Shown here piece by piece: positions 50,954 through 60,784 of a stretch of DNA of 64,000 nucleotides (the stretch's first letter is position 1; each line of letters begins with the position of its first letter). The position numbers and the translations under genes are program-made. The notes below the pieces were generated by a model that did not search any database, had not been told where the DNA came from, and worked only from the letters and a program-made list of their open reading frames with translations. Source of the DNA: Kiritimatiellia bacterium (lineage in GTDB: Bacteria > Verrucomicrobiota > Kiritimatiellia > JAAZAB01); NCBI GenBank assembly GCA_040767085.1, contig JAXGPF010000004.1, positions 64,001 to 128,000 of the forward strand. Reading direction: 5' to 3'.

Positions 50954-52621
50954 TTATTCCGAGTATTCCGCCCGGACTTCATCCATGATCCGGGGCACAT
51001 CCGGATATAGCACGTTGAAACCGCCGTCCGGCTGGCCATGCACTACGAACGAACTTTCGTAGACGATGAATCCGGCATGGCCCAGTTGGCGGCTCTGGCG
51101 CAGGTAATTCCGGAACATGCGCTGCCAGCGCGGGCGGTAAGTGATGGAGGCCATGTATTTCCGGAAATGCCGCGGCAGACTGCGCGGAGTGGCGGCGGCG
51201 CGCGTCAGGCGGTCAAAACGCGCCGGGGTATCGGTCATCAGGGTGATTTCATCCGCCAGCCCTTCCCGCACCCATTGCTGCCAGTCAAACACGATCGGGA
51301 AAAATCCGCCGCGGACCTCGTCCCGCCCGACATGGACATGCATGCGCTTGCCGCGCCGATGGATCAAGGCCGCCGCGTCGCGGACGAAAAGCGTATAAAA
51401 ATCGCCCAGCACCATCCAGCGTCGCCGGTGCGCGCCCGGCGCCCCGGGATCAAACCCCCGCCGGCGGCACTCATCCAGCACGGGCGGTTCAAAGCCGTAA
51501 TTTTCCCATTCCATGCTGCGATTATGATTACCCACGCGCAAGTCCACGCCGTCCACCCCGGCCGCCAGGCATTCGCGCACATGCTGCAAAAACATCCGTC
51601 GCACCGCCGGATACGCTGGCGACAGCGCGCCGATAACGTCAGCTTCCTTGCCCTTGGCCAGCGCCAGGCCGCCCTGGTCATTGTCCAGGGCGAAGCGGGT
51701 TGCGCGCAGGAAACGTGTGCCGCCCTTGGGGTGCCAGCCGAAAAAATAGCCTTGCGGGATCAAATCATCCCGCAAGCGCCGGCCGGCGGCACTCAGGCGC
51801 CGCTGCAATCCCGCATACCGGGCCGCGCGGGAAAACAAGCCGTAGGTGAATGGCAATGCCCCGCCCTGCTCGTCGCGCAATTCCACCAGTTCGCTCAAGC
51901 GATGGCTGAATTTTTCCCGGGCGGCGCCCCGCACCCGCAACGCCAGAAACGGTTCACGGATGCTCAGGCCTGTCAGATAAACAACGCGCCCCTGCTGGTC
52001 TGCCGACTCGCGCACGGTTACCGGCCCGCGATAACGCCGGTAACGGCAATTGTCCGAGCTGACCAGGATTTCGAGCCGGCCGCGCCACCGACCCGGTGCG
52101 TCCGGTCGGTCGGACCGCACAACGATCTCGCCGATGCGACGCCGGTCCAGGTCCGCGGGAATATCATCCTGCCGGCGCCGGATACGCAAATGCCGGTTGC
52201 GCACGAGGCACTCGGCCGCCCAATGCACGCGCCCGCTGAGCGCATCCAGGCGGCCGGCACGGCGGGCGGCCGGTGTGCCGAATGGGTGGGTTTGGTCAAA
52301 TGCCAGGTCAAAGGGCTTGTAAACCGCGTAAATTTCCATGCCCAGGGCATGCGCCAGACGCACTGCCACCGGCAGGAATTCGCCCCGGAACGCACGCCGG
52401 GTGGTGTCGTAATTCCGGATCAACTCGGCCGAAAGCGGCCCTTCCCAAAGCCGCTCGCGATGCCGCCATGTGTAAATCCAGTAAATGCGGTTAATGCCCC
52501 AGGACTGGTAAAGTTCAAACAGGCGCTGCAGGCTGTCGGGGGTAAAAGAAGTGTTGATCAGGTCGTCCGGAAAATCAAAACAGATCGAATACCGGTAAGC
52601 CGTTGAACTGGAATGCGGCAT
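50954..52621 (-). CDS. Hypothetical protein, putative TIM-barrel glycoside-hydrolase-like
   Basis: LAHALGMEIYA, LSPAYPAVR, GVDGVDLR, DWQQWVREGLAD resemble GHL10-type pattern. Confidence 0.55.
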   Translation of the reverse strand: MPHSSSTAYRYSICFDFPDDLINTSFTPDSLQRLFELYQSWGINRIYWIYTWRHRERLWEGPLSAELIRNYDTTRRAFRGEFLPVAVRLAHALGMEIYAVYKPFDLAFDQTHPFGTPAARRAGRLDALSGRVHWAAECLVRNRHLRIRRRQDDIPADLDRRRIGEIVVRSDRPDAPGRWRGRLEILVSSDNCRYRRYRGPVTVRESADQQGRVVYLTGLSIREPFLALRVRGAAREKFSHRLSELVELRDEQGGALPFTYGLFSRAARYAGLQRRLSAAGRRLRDDLIPQGYFFGWHPKGGTRFLRATRFALDNDQGGLALAKGKEADVIGALSPAYPAVRRMFLQHVRECLAAGVDGVDLRVGNHNRSMEWENYGFEPPVLDECRRRGFDPGAPGAHRRRWMVLGDFYTLFVRDAAALIHRRGKRMHVHVGRDEVRGGFFPIVFDWQQWVREGLADEITLMTDTPARFDRLTRAAATPRSLPRHFRKYMASITYRPRWQRMFRNYLRQSRQLGHAGFIVYESSFVVHGQPDGGFNVLYPDVPRIMDEVRAEYSE

Positions 52622-52803
52622 GACCACCTCCTGTTGCCTGCGGCGGCTACGACCCTTGACGGACATGCGTCAAATTCCGGGATCAACGCACAGGCTTGGG
52701 CCAATTTCAAAAGCCCCCCGGCGGGTTTACCCCGCCGGAGATCAAGATTATGCAAAACGCCACATGTTGTTCCAGATGCGTTGACCCCGGCCGGGCAGCG
52801 CCA

Positions 52804-55764
52804 TCACGGCCGCGGCATGGCGTGCTCGTCGGCCGGGGCGATCACCACGACTTCATGGGCGTAATCGCGTTTGCGCTTGCCGCGCTTCTCGCTGTCCCAC
52901 CAGTCGCGGGTGACTTTGTCCAGGTACTCGGCATCCGACTCGCCGTGCTTGCCGGTGAAGTCGGACAGGTCAAACTCCTCCGGCAGCGGCAGGTAACGCC
53001 GATGATCCTCCGGCAGACTGACTTGAAACCCGTTTTTCAAATCCTCGGGCGTCCAGAACCCGGAAGCGCCCCATAAATCGCCCGGGCGTGAAATTTCCAT
53101 CTGCTTGCCCAGCATCAGCAGACGGAAAGCCTTTTTCTGGATTCCCATCGCCGCGACGTCAACCTTGACGTTGGCGACGGCCGGTGTCCGGTCGGGAAAC
53201 AGGGCCACCGCGATCCAGTTGCCCTTTTTCAGGGCAGAGCGCACGGCGACCGGCGTGGCGCCGCTGTCCGCCACCACCGGCGGGCGGGCATGCTCGCGCA
53301 GGCAGGCGTTCAGCGCCGCCGCCAGCGCGGGATTGCCGTTTTGCGACAACTCGGCGCCGGCGTCAAAATGCAGGGCAATCACCCGGCCCTGGCCGATAAT
53401 TTTTTCGGTGACCGCCGGCGCGCCGTCGGCGAAGGCAGCCAGGACCGCCGCGCCGTCCGCGACGGTTGTCAGCCGCCGGGGCGTTTCCCTGGCGATGGCA
53501 ATGGTCTGGCCCTTCCAGGTGAACGCAGCGGCAACGGGCGGCGCTAATGCGCCGTAAGCCACCCCGGCCATTTCCACGGTGCGGTCGAGTTCATTGGCCA
53601 TATCCGCGCGGGCGGAGCTCCAGTCAGCGTCAATGGAAACCACGGCGCCCCCGTTTTCCACGAACTGGCGCAAACCGTCCAGCGCCTCTCCCGGCAGGCC
53701 GCGGGCGGCGAAGGGCGTGGCCACCAGCACGCGGTAATTTTCAAACAACTCCGTCGCCTGGCTGTAAATCCGCCGGACATCCTGGTTGCGCTGGACGGCG
53801 TTGAACAGGGCGCCCAGCCGGTTCCACGGCGGCACCGGATCCGGCGCCAGCATTTCCAGCGCCTGGTGATTCTCCAGGAAAGCAACGCGCGCCAGCGGCT
53901 CGGCATCAGCGAACATGCGGATGGTGTAAATGTGGCGGGCGAATTGCTGGGCGTAATGCGGATCGTTGCCGAACATGATCAGCCGCCAGAGATGGTTGAA
54001 GGTGAACATCAGCCCGCCCGGTCCGCCCAGCATGTTCATGGTGGTATAATGCCCCCAGGGGGCGTAAATATGGGTCCATTGCAGGCTGTTGGGATACCCC
54101 CGGCTGGCGCCGAGAATGAAATCCGCCCCCAGGCGCGACAGCGCGATGTTGTCCATGCCAAATGACCATTTGCCGGGGATGTAGACCGTGGTGACGCCCA
54201 TCCGCAGCCCGCGCTTGTGCGCATGCTCCACCAGGCCCCGGAAGTAATCGGTCATGACTTTCTGCTTGAAAAGGATGTAGCGCCGGCGCCAGGGGTCGGC
54301 CGGGTCTTTCCAGCGGGTGCGCAGCTCAAGCCGCGCGGCGAAATCCGCGGGGAGTTTTTCGCCGAAATTTTCCAGGCAGAATTTTTCAATGGCCGGCAGG
54401 TCGTCGCCGTGAAAATCGGCGTAGTTGAACCACAGTTCGTCCAGGGTTAGCAGGCCCTCGAAATTGCCCAGCGGTTTGAATTTATCCGCGTATTCGTCCA
54501 GCATCATCCGGCAGCGGTCAAGGCAGGCGGGATTCAGCAGGTCTTCCATGTAGTGGCTGCCGCCGTACAGGTAAAACTCGCCATTGGCGTTCCGCGCGCC
54601 GTACTTTTCGGCGAATTCCCTGGAGCGCGAACAGGAATGCCAGGCCGCCCAGACATTCATTCCTTCCGGTGTCGCCAGCCGGATGAGTTCCGCCAGCGGG
54701 TCAATGCCGATGTATTGTTCCTGGGAGTCGGGCACCGTGGTTTTGTGAGAAACCTTCTCGCCGTACATGTCGGTCCAGTAGATGATGTCCGTGATGCCCA
54801 GCCATTTCAACTGGAGGATGTCGTGTTTCAGACGGTTCAGGAAAAATTCCCGGCCATCCGCCCCATCAACCCTATGATTGCGCCGCCAGGACATGCCGTC
54901 GTAGGTAATGAAAAACCGGCCGCCGATCTCGGTCACCGGCGGCAGGGTGAGGTAGCTGCCGCGCAGCATTTCATTGCCGAACCAGTTGGTGCCCGGGAGA
55001 TTGCGGGCGAGTTCGTCAAGCTTGATGTCGGCTTCCGCCTTTGTGCGCCGCGCGGCCAGTTCGCCGGCCGGCAGGCTGGTCAGACGCGGGGCGCCCGCCG
55101 CCCAGTCAATGGCGTTCAGCACCCATTGCAACTCCGCTCCGGCCGGCTCCTTTTCAGCCTGCTTGTAATCGGTCGGGTCGTACCAGTAACCCGGCAGCGC
55201 CCCGTTAAACACCACCCGGCCCGCGCCGGCGGCGCCGGCCACGGCCACCGCCGCGCCTTCGCGGTCAATCAACGCCGCGATCCCGTCCGGCCCCGGTTCC
55301 AGGTAAAGGTGGTCGCTGAAGGCGTGTTCGAATTCCGCCGGCAGCCCGGCGGCCAGCGGATGGGCCGGATCCTGCACCCGCAGGATGCTGTCATCGCGGC
55401 GGTCAAGGACTTTAAGGGCGACATTGGGGAAGAGGGTTTCCGGCCGGTAGCGGCCGCAGGCGGCATGGTTCAGGATCACGCCGCCGCCGCAGGCTACAAA
55501 GATTTTGATATTCTTGATTTGTTCCGGCTGTTCCAGGCTGGTGCTGCCGACATATAGCACGTCGGCTTGCATCAAATCCTCGACGGTGATGGCCTTGAGC
55601 AGGACGGGTTGCGTTCGGGCGTCTTTTTTCAGGGCATCCAGCACCGCCCGGGCGCCGAAGCCGGTTTTAAACACCGCCACCTTGACCGGTTCGGCCAATC
55701 CGGCCGCGGCCGCCGCGGCCAATCCCAGCGCCAGCAATCCGGACTTCAAAAATAAACAGCGCAT
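52804..55764 (-). CDS. Large exported hypothetical protein (GATase-like + GH-like domains)
   Basis: Signal peptide; FVACGGGVIL and HPLAAGLP (ThuA/class I GAT-like); later FVENGG trimerisation-like domain. Confidence 0.6.
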   Translation of the reverse strand: MRCLFLKSGLLALGLAAAAAAGLAEPVKVAVFKTGFGARAVLDALKKDARTQPVLLKAITVEDLMQADVLYVGSTSLEQPEQIKNIKIFVACGGGVILNHAACGRYRPETLFPNVALKVLDRRDDSILRVQDPAHPLAAGLPAEFEHAFSDHLYLEPGPDGIAALIDREGAAVAVAGAAGAGRVVFNGALPGYWYDPTDYKQAEKEPAGAELQWVLNAIDWAAGAPRLTSLPAGELAARRTKAEADIKLDELARNLPGTNWFGNEMLRGSYLTLPPVTEIGGRFFITYDGMSWRRNHRVDGADGREFFLNRLKHDILQLKWLGITDIIYWTDMYGEKVSHKTTVPDSQEQYIGIDPLAELIRLATPEGMNVWAAWHSCSRSREFAEKYGARNANGEFYLYGGSHYMEDLLNPACLDRCRMMLDEYADKFKPLGNFEGLLTLDELWFNYADFHGDDLPAIEKFCLENFGEKLPADFAARLELRTRWKDPADPWRRRYILFKQKVMTDYFRGLVEHAHKRGLRMGVTTVYIPGKWSFGMDNIALSRLGADFILGASRGYPNSLQWTHIYAPWGHYTTMNMLGGPGGLMFTFNHLWRLIMFGNDPHYAQQFARHIYTIRMFADAEPLARVAFLENHQALEMLAPDPVPPWNRLGALFNAVQRNQDVRRIYSQATELFENYRVLVATPFAARGLPGEALDGLRQFVENGGAVVSIDADWSSARADMANELDRTVEMAGVAYGALAPPVAAAFTWKGQTIAIARETPRRLTTVADGAAVLAAFADGAPAVTEKIIGQGRVIALHFDAGAELSQNGNPALAAALNACLREHARPPVVADSGATPVAVRSALKKGNWIAVALFPDRTPAVANVKVDVAAMGIQKKAFRLLMLGKQMEISRPGDLWGASGFWTPEDLKNGFQVSLPEDHRRYLPLPEEFDLSDFTGKHGESDAEYLDKVTRDWWDSEKRGKRKRDYAHEVVVIAPADEHAMPRP

Positions 55765-55946
55765 ACGCAGCTCCTCCTGTTTGACTTGACAAAAAGAATC
55801 CAGTTCGACCATGCTCCACAGTCAAACATGCTTTTCAAATTAGGCTGCCGCCCGTTGTTTGTCAATGAATTACCGCGGCATGAAATTACCATTTCCGCCT
55901 GCATCAGGAAGTCTGAAGTTTGACTTATATCGGTCAAACATTGTAT

Positions 55947-57626
55947 CCAGAAAGTGTGATAGCGCGCAAATAAAATTTCAGAAAAGTCTTGACAAATAGT
56001 TGGTGGTCAATATATTACACTTGCGGGAAGCGTAGTTTTCTTGGTCATCAATTTGGTGAAAGGCTTTTGCCGTGAAATTCGTTATTCAAGCAAGCCGCGA
56101 GATGTTGGAAAGCAATGCCGGGTTAGTGTTGGCGGGAAAGATTTTAGCCGGACTGGATTTGGATCGGCGGGCGAACGGAATAGCGATTGAGAAAATGCTG
56201 GAGCCACGGATCAAGAATGCGGATGTGATACGCGCATATTTTGGGTTGCTGGTGTTGGGGCGTACGGCATTTGAAGACATTGAATTGTTTCGCGAGAGCG
56301 GATTTTTTCGGCGGGCGCTTGGGATTAAACGTGTGCCGTCGGCGGAGACATTGCGGCAGCGTTTGGATGGTTCGAACGGGCGATTTGACGAGATGATCAA
56401 AGAAGCGAATGCAGAGATGTTGAAAACGGCGAAAATGAGCAGTGTGCGGACGGAATTGGGCGAATATATGCCGGTAGATGTGGATGTGTCGCCGTTTGAA
56501 AATGCCAAATCCCATAAAGAAGGGACCGGTCGGACATACAAGGGTACCGATGGGTATGCGCCGAACTTTGCGTATGTGGGCGCGGAAGGATATATGTTGA
56601 ATTGCGAGTTGCGGCCCGGGACGCAGCATTGTCAGAAGGGGACGCCAGAGTTTTTGCAAGAAACATTCAGGTTGTTGCACCGCCTGGATGTCAAAGAGAG
56701 CGTGTTGGTGCGAATGGATTCCGGCAATGATGCGGCGCAAAACGTGAGGATGTGTCGCACGGAAGGCAAGCATTATTTGATCAAACGCAATCTTCGCCGG
56801 GAAAAATTAGAAGACTGGCTTGGGATAGCGCGGATTTACGGCGTGGCGCATGAGCCGCGCGCCGGCAAGACCGTGTATATTGGATCATGCATCCGGTTTA
56901 TGGATGATGGGCGCGGGAAATTGGAGCCATGGCGCATAGTATTTGAAGTGACGGTGCGGACGATTACCGCCAAAGGCGAGCAGCTTTTAATTCCGGAATT
57001 GAAAGCGGATACATACTGGACGGATTTAGGTGAGCATCCAGAAACCGTGATTGATTTGTATCATGCGCACGGCACCAGCGAGCAATTTCACAGCGAACTG
57101 AAGAGCGATATGGATGTTGAACGATTGCCGTCGGGCAAATTCAAGACAAACGCCACGGTATTGCAGGCGGCCATGATGGCCTTCAACGCTTTGCGGCGCA
57201 TTGGGCAAGGATTATTGATGTTGAAGGAACGTTTGGGATTAACGCTGGACGTAGAACGTCTGCGGTTGCGGAGCGTGTTGCGCGATATTATGTATCTGGC
57301 GTGCAAATATGTTGAACGCAGTCGCGGTTATTTTTTGAAAATCAGCCATAGCAGCCGCTGGTTGTTTGCGGTGCAGTGTTTATACGCGCGGTTATAATGG
57401 CTGATGTGGACTGGTCAGTAGTTGGGTCACAGCCGGAGTGTGTCCCAAAAAGGCAAAATAATCAGTTGACTTACTCGAAGGATGTGGTAATTTGGCAAAA
57501 ACGTGAGAAAAATGTGTTGGTGACGGAGAATTTAGAAATGGGCCATTGAAAATCCGGCGATGGCTGATTGCAAAACACAATTCCGGAAAAATTAGCGTGA
57601 CGGGCAAAGCCCGTCACGGATTCAGG
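55947..57626 (+). mobile_element. IS1380 family insertion sequence
   Basis: Imperfect IRs CCAGAAAGTGTGA / TCACGGATTCAGG; flanking direct repeat TTGTAT at 55941-55946 and 57627-57632. Confidence 0.88.
56072..57397 (+). CDS. IS1380 family transposase (DDE_Tnp_1_4-like)
   Basis: SAETLRQRLD, VDVDVSP, LRPGTQH, VRMDSG, HGTSEQFHSELKSD, LPSGKF.TNA. Confidence 0.92.
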   Translation: MKFVIQASREMLESNAGLVLAGKILAGLDLDRRANGIAIEKMLEPRIKNADVIRAYFGLLVLGRTAFEDIELFRESGFFRRALGIKRVPSAETLRQRLDGSNGRFDEMIKEANAEMLKTAKMSSVRTELGEYMPVDVDVSPFENAKSHKEGTGRTYKGTDGYAPNFAYVGAEGYMLNCELRPGTQHCQKGTPEFLQETFRLLHRLDVKESVLVRMDSGNDAAQNVRMCRTEGKHYLIKRNLRREKLEDWLGIARIYGVAHEPRAGKTVYIGSCIRFMDDGRGKLEPWRIVFEVTVRTITAKGEQLLIPELKADTYWTDLGEHPETVIDLYHAHGTSEQFHSELKSDMDVERLPSGKFKTNATVLQAAMMAFNALRRIGQGLLMLKERLGLTLDVERLRLRSVLRDIMYLACKYVERSRGYFLKISHSSRWLFAVQCLYARL

Positions 57627-57671
57627 TTGTATAGTTGATTTTTCAGGCAACATCTCAACGAGGAGCATGCC

Positions 57672-58748
57672 ATGGATATGACCCAACCTAACCCGGCCAA
57701 TTATCGCATTCCATTTGTTTTAAACGACTTTAACGGCATGCCGTACCGCTACCTGGGCCGCTCCGGACTGCGCGCCTCCAATATGGGGCTGGGCGCGTGG
57801 AAATTCGGTTTCCCCGCCACCGGCGACGGCGCGCGCACCGATGCCCGCGACGCCTGGAAAATCCTCGATCGCGCCATTGAACTGGGAGTGGCGTTCTGGG
57901 ATACCGCCAATCGCTACAACGATGCCTCCGGCAATTCCGAACGCGTGATCGGCCAATGGTTCAAGCAAAACCCCGACCAGCGCCGCAACGTGGTGCTGGC
58001 TACCAAGGTAGTCGGCGGCATCGACGGTTGGACGCCCAACCATTGCGGCGCTTCCCGCGCCAACATCCTGGACGCCACGGCCGCCTGCCTGCAGCGTTTG
58101 CAGTTGGATTACATTGACATTTTATACCTGCACCGCTTCGACGGCGCCACCCCGGCCGAGGAAACTCTGTCGGCCATCGAAGACCTGGTCGCCCGGGGCT
58201 GGATCCGGTATTTCGCCGTCTCGAATTTCACCGTCGAGCAAATCAAACTCTTTCAGGATGCCGAAAGCCGGGCCAGTTGCCGCTGCCGCGCCGTGGCCGT
58301 CCAGAATAAATTCGATATTCTTGGCGGCGAATCTCCGCGCCACCCCGGAGTGCTGGAATTCGCGGCGTCGGGCGCGCTCAGCTTTATCGCCTATACCCCG
58401 CTGGGTGGCGGCTGGCTGACAGGCCGTTACCTGGACCTGGCCAAAGCCGGCCCGGGCGACCGCCTGTATGACGAAAAAAACCTGGACCGGGCCGCGGCGG
58501 CCGTCAACCAGGACAAAGTCCGGGCCTTGCATGAAATCGCCTGCGCCGGCGGCATCTCGGCGGCCCAACTGGCGTTGGCCTACATGCTGACCCTGCCCGG
58601 CATGGGCCCCTGCATCCCCGCCGTCTCTTCCGTCGCGCAACTGGAAGCCAATGCCGCCGCCGGCAAACTGACACTGCCGCCGGAACAAATCCGGCAGGTA
58701 CGAGAAATCTGCGGCCAAGCCGGCATGCCGGCCGGCGGGGAAAGCTGA
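57672..58748 (+). CDS. Aldo/keto reductase
   Basis: LGRSGL, DTANRY, SE, VLATK, LQLDYIDILYLH, VSNF, YTPLGGG.LTG. Confidence 0.93.
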   Translation: MDMTQPNPANYRIPFVLNDFNGMPYRYLGRSGLRASNMGLGAWKFGFPATGDGARTDARDAWKILDRAIELGVAFWDTANRYNDASGNSERVIGQWFKQNPDQRRNVVLATKVVGGIDGWTPNHCGASRANILDATAACLQRLQLDYIDILYLHRFDGATPAEETLSAIEDLVARGWIRYFAVSNFTVEQIKLFQDAESRASCRCRAVAVQNKFDILGGESPRHPGVLEFAASGALSFIAYTPLGGGWLTGRYLDLAKAGPGDRLYDEKNLDRAAAAVNQDKVRALHEIACAGGISAAQLALAYMLTLPGMGPCIPAVSSVAQLEANAAAGKLTLPPEQIRQVREICGQAGMPAGGES

Positions 58749-58894
58749 CCGTTTAATAAAAACCGTAAAAACACAAAATATTTACACGAAACCCGCTCCC
58801 GCTGACGTTATCTTGATTATGCCGGTTAAAGACCAGGCTGGAACACACAAGCGTTGCTTGCAAAAGCTGACTTTCGAAAGCAACTCGATTGTGA

Positions 58895-60784
58895 ATGAAA
58901 TTGCTGCGTATGTCATTATTTTTTAAAAGATTTTTCAAGGCCGCCAGCGCACTGACCGCTGGAGCGCTGCTCCTCCCGCTGTCCGGTTGCCGCTCGCCCG
59001 CCGACTATCGTCAGCAGGCTGACCGGACGGCCTACGGGATCGTCGAGCGGGCGCAACAGAAAGTCTTGGATAAATCCGAGCCTTTCGCCATCGAGCCGCC
59101 GGCCGATACCCTGCGGCGCAAGCTGCTGCTGGACCAGGATTTGCCCCATGCCGGCCCCGCCGCGCTGGGCTCGGAGCATTTGCCGGCCATCCCTCACTGG
59201 CCGGATACCGGCGCGCCGCCGACGCCGGCACTGGATCCGGCCGCCGCGTTGCCGGAGATCACCCGCCTGACTTTGACCGACACACTGCAGATCGCCGCGC
59301 GCAACAACCGGGACTATCAATCCCGCAAGGAAGACGTTTTCCGGGCGGCCCTGGCGCTGGACCTGGAAGCCAACCAGTTCCGCAGCCTGCTGGCCGGGGA
59401 TGCCGGCTCCGAATTCGAAGCCAATTACCGGGGCGAGGATAATATCCGCGGGGTGGCCAATCAAGGCAGCCTTTCCTGGCAGCGGCGGCTGAAATACGGC
59501 ACACTTCTGACCACGCATTTCGCGGTGGACCTGGTCAAACTGCTGACGCTGGAACGCTCGTCCTCGCTGGGCCTGATGGCGGACGCCACCATCACCATTC
59601 CGCTGCTGCGCGGCGCCGGTCGCCATATTGTCGGCGAACCCCTGACCCAGGCCGAGCAGGACCTGGTTTACGCCCTCTTCAACTTCGAACGTTACAAGCA
59701 GAACCTGAGCGCGCGCGTGGCCACGGAATACATGTCGGTCATCCAACAACTGGACCAGGTGGACAATGCCGAAGATAATTACCGCCGCCTGGCCTCCTCC
59801 ACCGAGCGGGCGCAACGCCTGGCCGACGCCGGCCGCCTGCCCCAGATCCAGGTGGACCAGTCGGTCCAGGACGAACTCCGCTCGAGCGACCGGCTGACCT
59901 CCGCCCGCCAATCTTATGCGGGACGGCTTGATCAGTTTAAGATCACCCTCGGCCTGCCGGTGGATGCGGAGATTGAACTGGACCGCGATGAATTGCCGCA
60001 ACTGGCCCGGACGGCCGGGCTGGCCGCCGGCGAGCAGGACAAGGATAAGGACGACGGAAACGGCGCGGCAGACAGGGATGCCGCGACCGCCCGCGGCCCG
60101 CTGGAAATGGATTCCAGGCAAGCCATCAAAATCGCCCTGGAGCACCGACTGGACTTGCGCGCGGCGCTGGGGCGGGTGTACGACGCCCAGCGGCACGCCG
60201 TGGTCGCCGCCGATGCCCTGCGCATGGGGCTGACGGTCAAGGGCGGCGGCGCCATCGGCGAAAGCCGGAGCCTCTCGTCGGCCGACCTGCCGGACGCCCG
60301 GCTGCGATTCGACGAAGGCGTTTATTCCGCCGGGCTCAATCTGGACTTGCCGTTGGAACGCACGGCGGAGCGCAATGCCTGGCGCAACAGCCTGATCGCC
60401 CTGGAGCGGGCCGTGCGCGACACCCAGAACCTGGAAGACCAGATCAAGCTGGAGGTGCGCAATTCGCTGCGCGAAATGCTCCAGGCCCGCGAGAGCTACC
60501 GGATTCAAAAGCAATCATTGTCCGTGGCCGAGCGGCGGGTGGACAGCACGGAATTGTTTCTCGAAGCCGGCCGCGCCCAGGTACGCGACATCCTGGAAGC
60601 CCAGGAAGCGCTGGTGTCCGCCCGGAACTCGCTTACGGCAGCCATGGTCAATTACCGCGCCGCGGAAATCAAGCTGCAGCGCGACATAGGCGTCCTCGCC
60701 GTGGACACCGACGGCCGCTGGCAAGAATATATACCGGCTGACCACCAGCCGGTCACGGATTCAGGGGAGAAGAATGATGAATAA
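58895..60784 (+). CDS. TolC family outer-membrane lipoprotein
   Basis: Lipobox LSGC; OEP repeats (IPLLRG, LALEHRLDL-like, FEAGR..RDILEAQ). Confidence 0.85.
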   Translation: MKLLRMSLFFKRFFKAASALTAGALLLPLSGCRSPADYRQQADRTAYGIVERAQQKVLDKSEPFAIEPPADTLRRKLLLDQDLPHAGPAALGSEHLPAIPHWPDTGAPPTPALDPAAALPEITRLTLTDTLQIAARNNRDYQSRKEDVFRAALALDLEANQFRSLLAGDAGSEFEANYRGEDNIRGVANQGSLSWQRRLKYGTLLTTHFAVDLVKLLTLERSSSLGLMADATITIPLLRGAGRHIVGEPLTQAEQDLVYALFNFERYKQNLSARVATEYMSVIQQLDQVDNAEDNYRRLASSTERAQRLADAGRLPQIQVDQSVQDELRSSDRLTSARQSYAGRLDQFKITLGLPVDAEIELDRDELPQLARTAGLAAGEQDKDKDDGNGAADRDAATARGPLEMDSRQAIKIALEHRLDLRAALGRVYDAQRHAVVAADALRMGLTVKGGGAIGESRSLSSADLPDARLRFDEGVYSAGLNLDLPLERTAERNAWRNSLIALERAVRDTQNLEDQIKLEVRNSLREMLQARESYRIQKQSLSVAERRVDSTELFLEAGRAQVRDILEAQEALVSARNSLTAAMVNYRAAEIKLQRDIGVLAVDTDGRWQEYIPADHQPVTDSGEKNDE

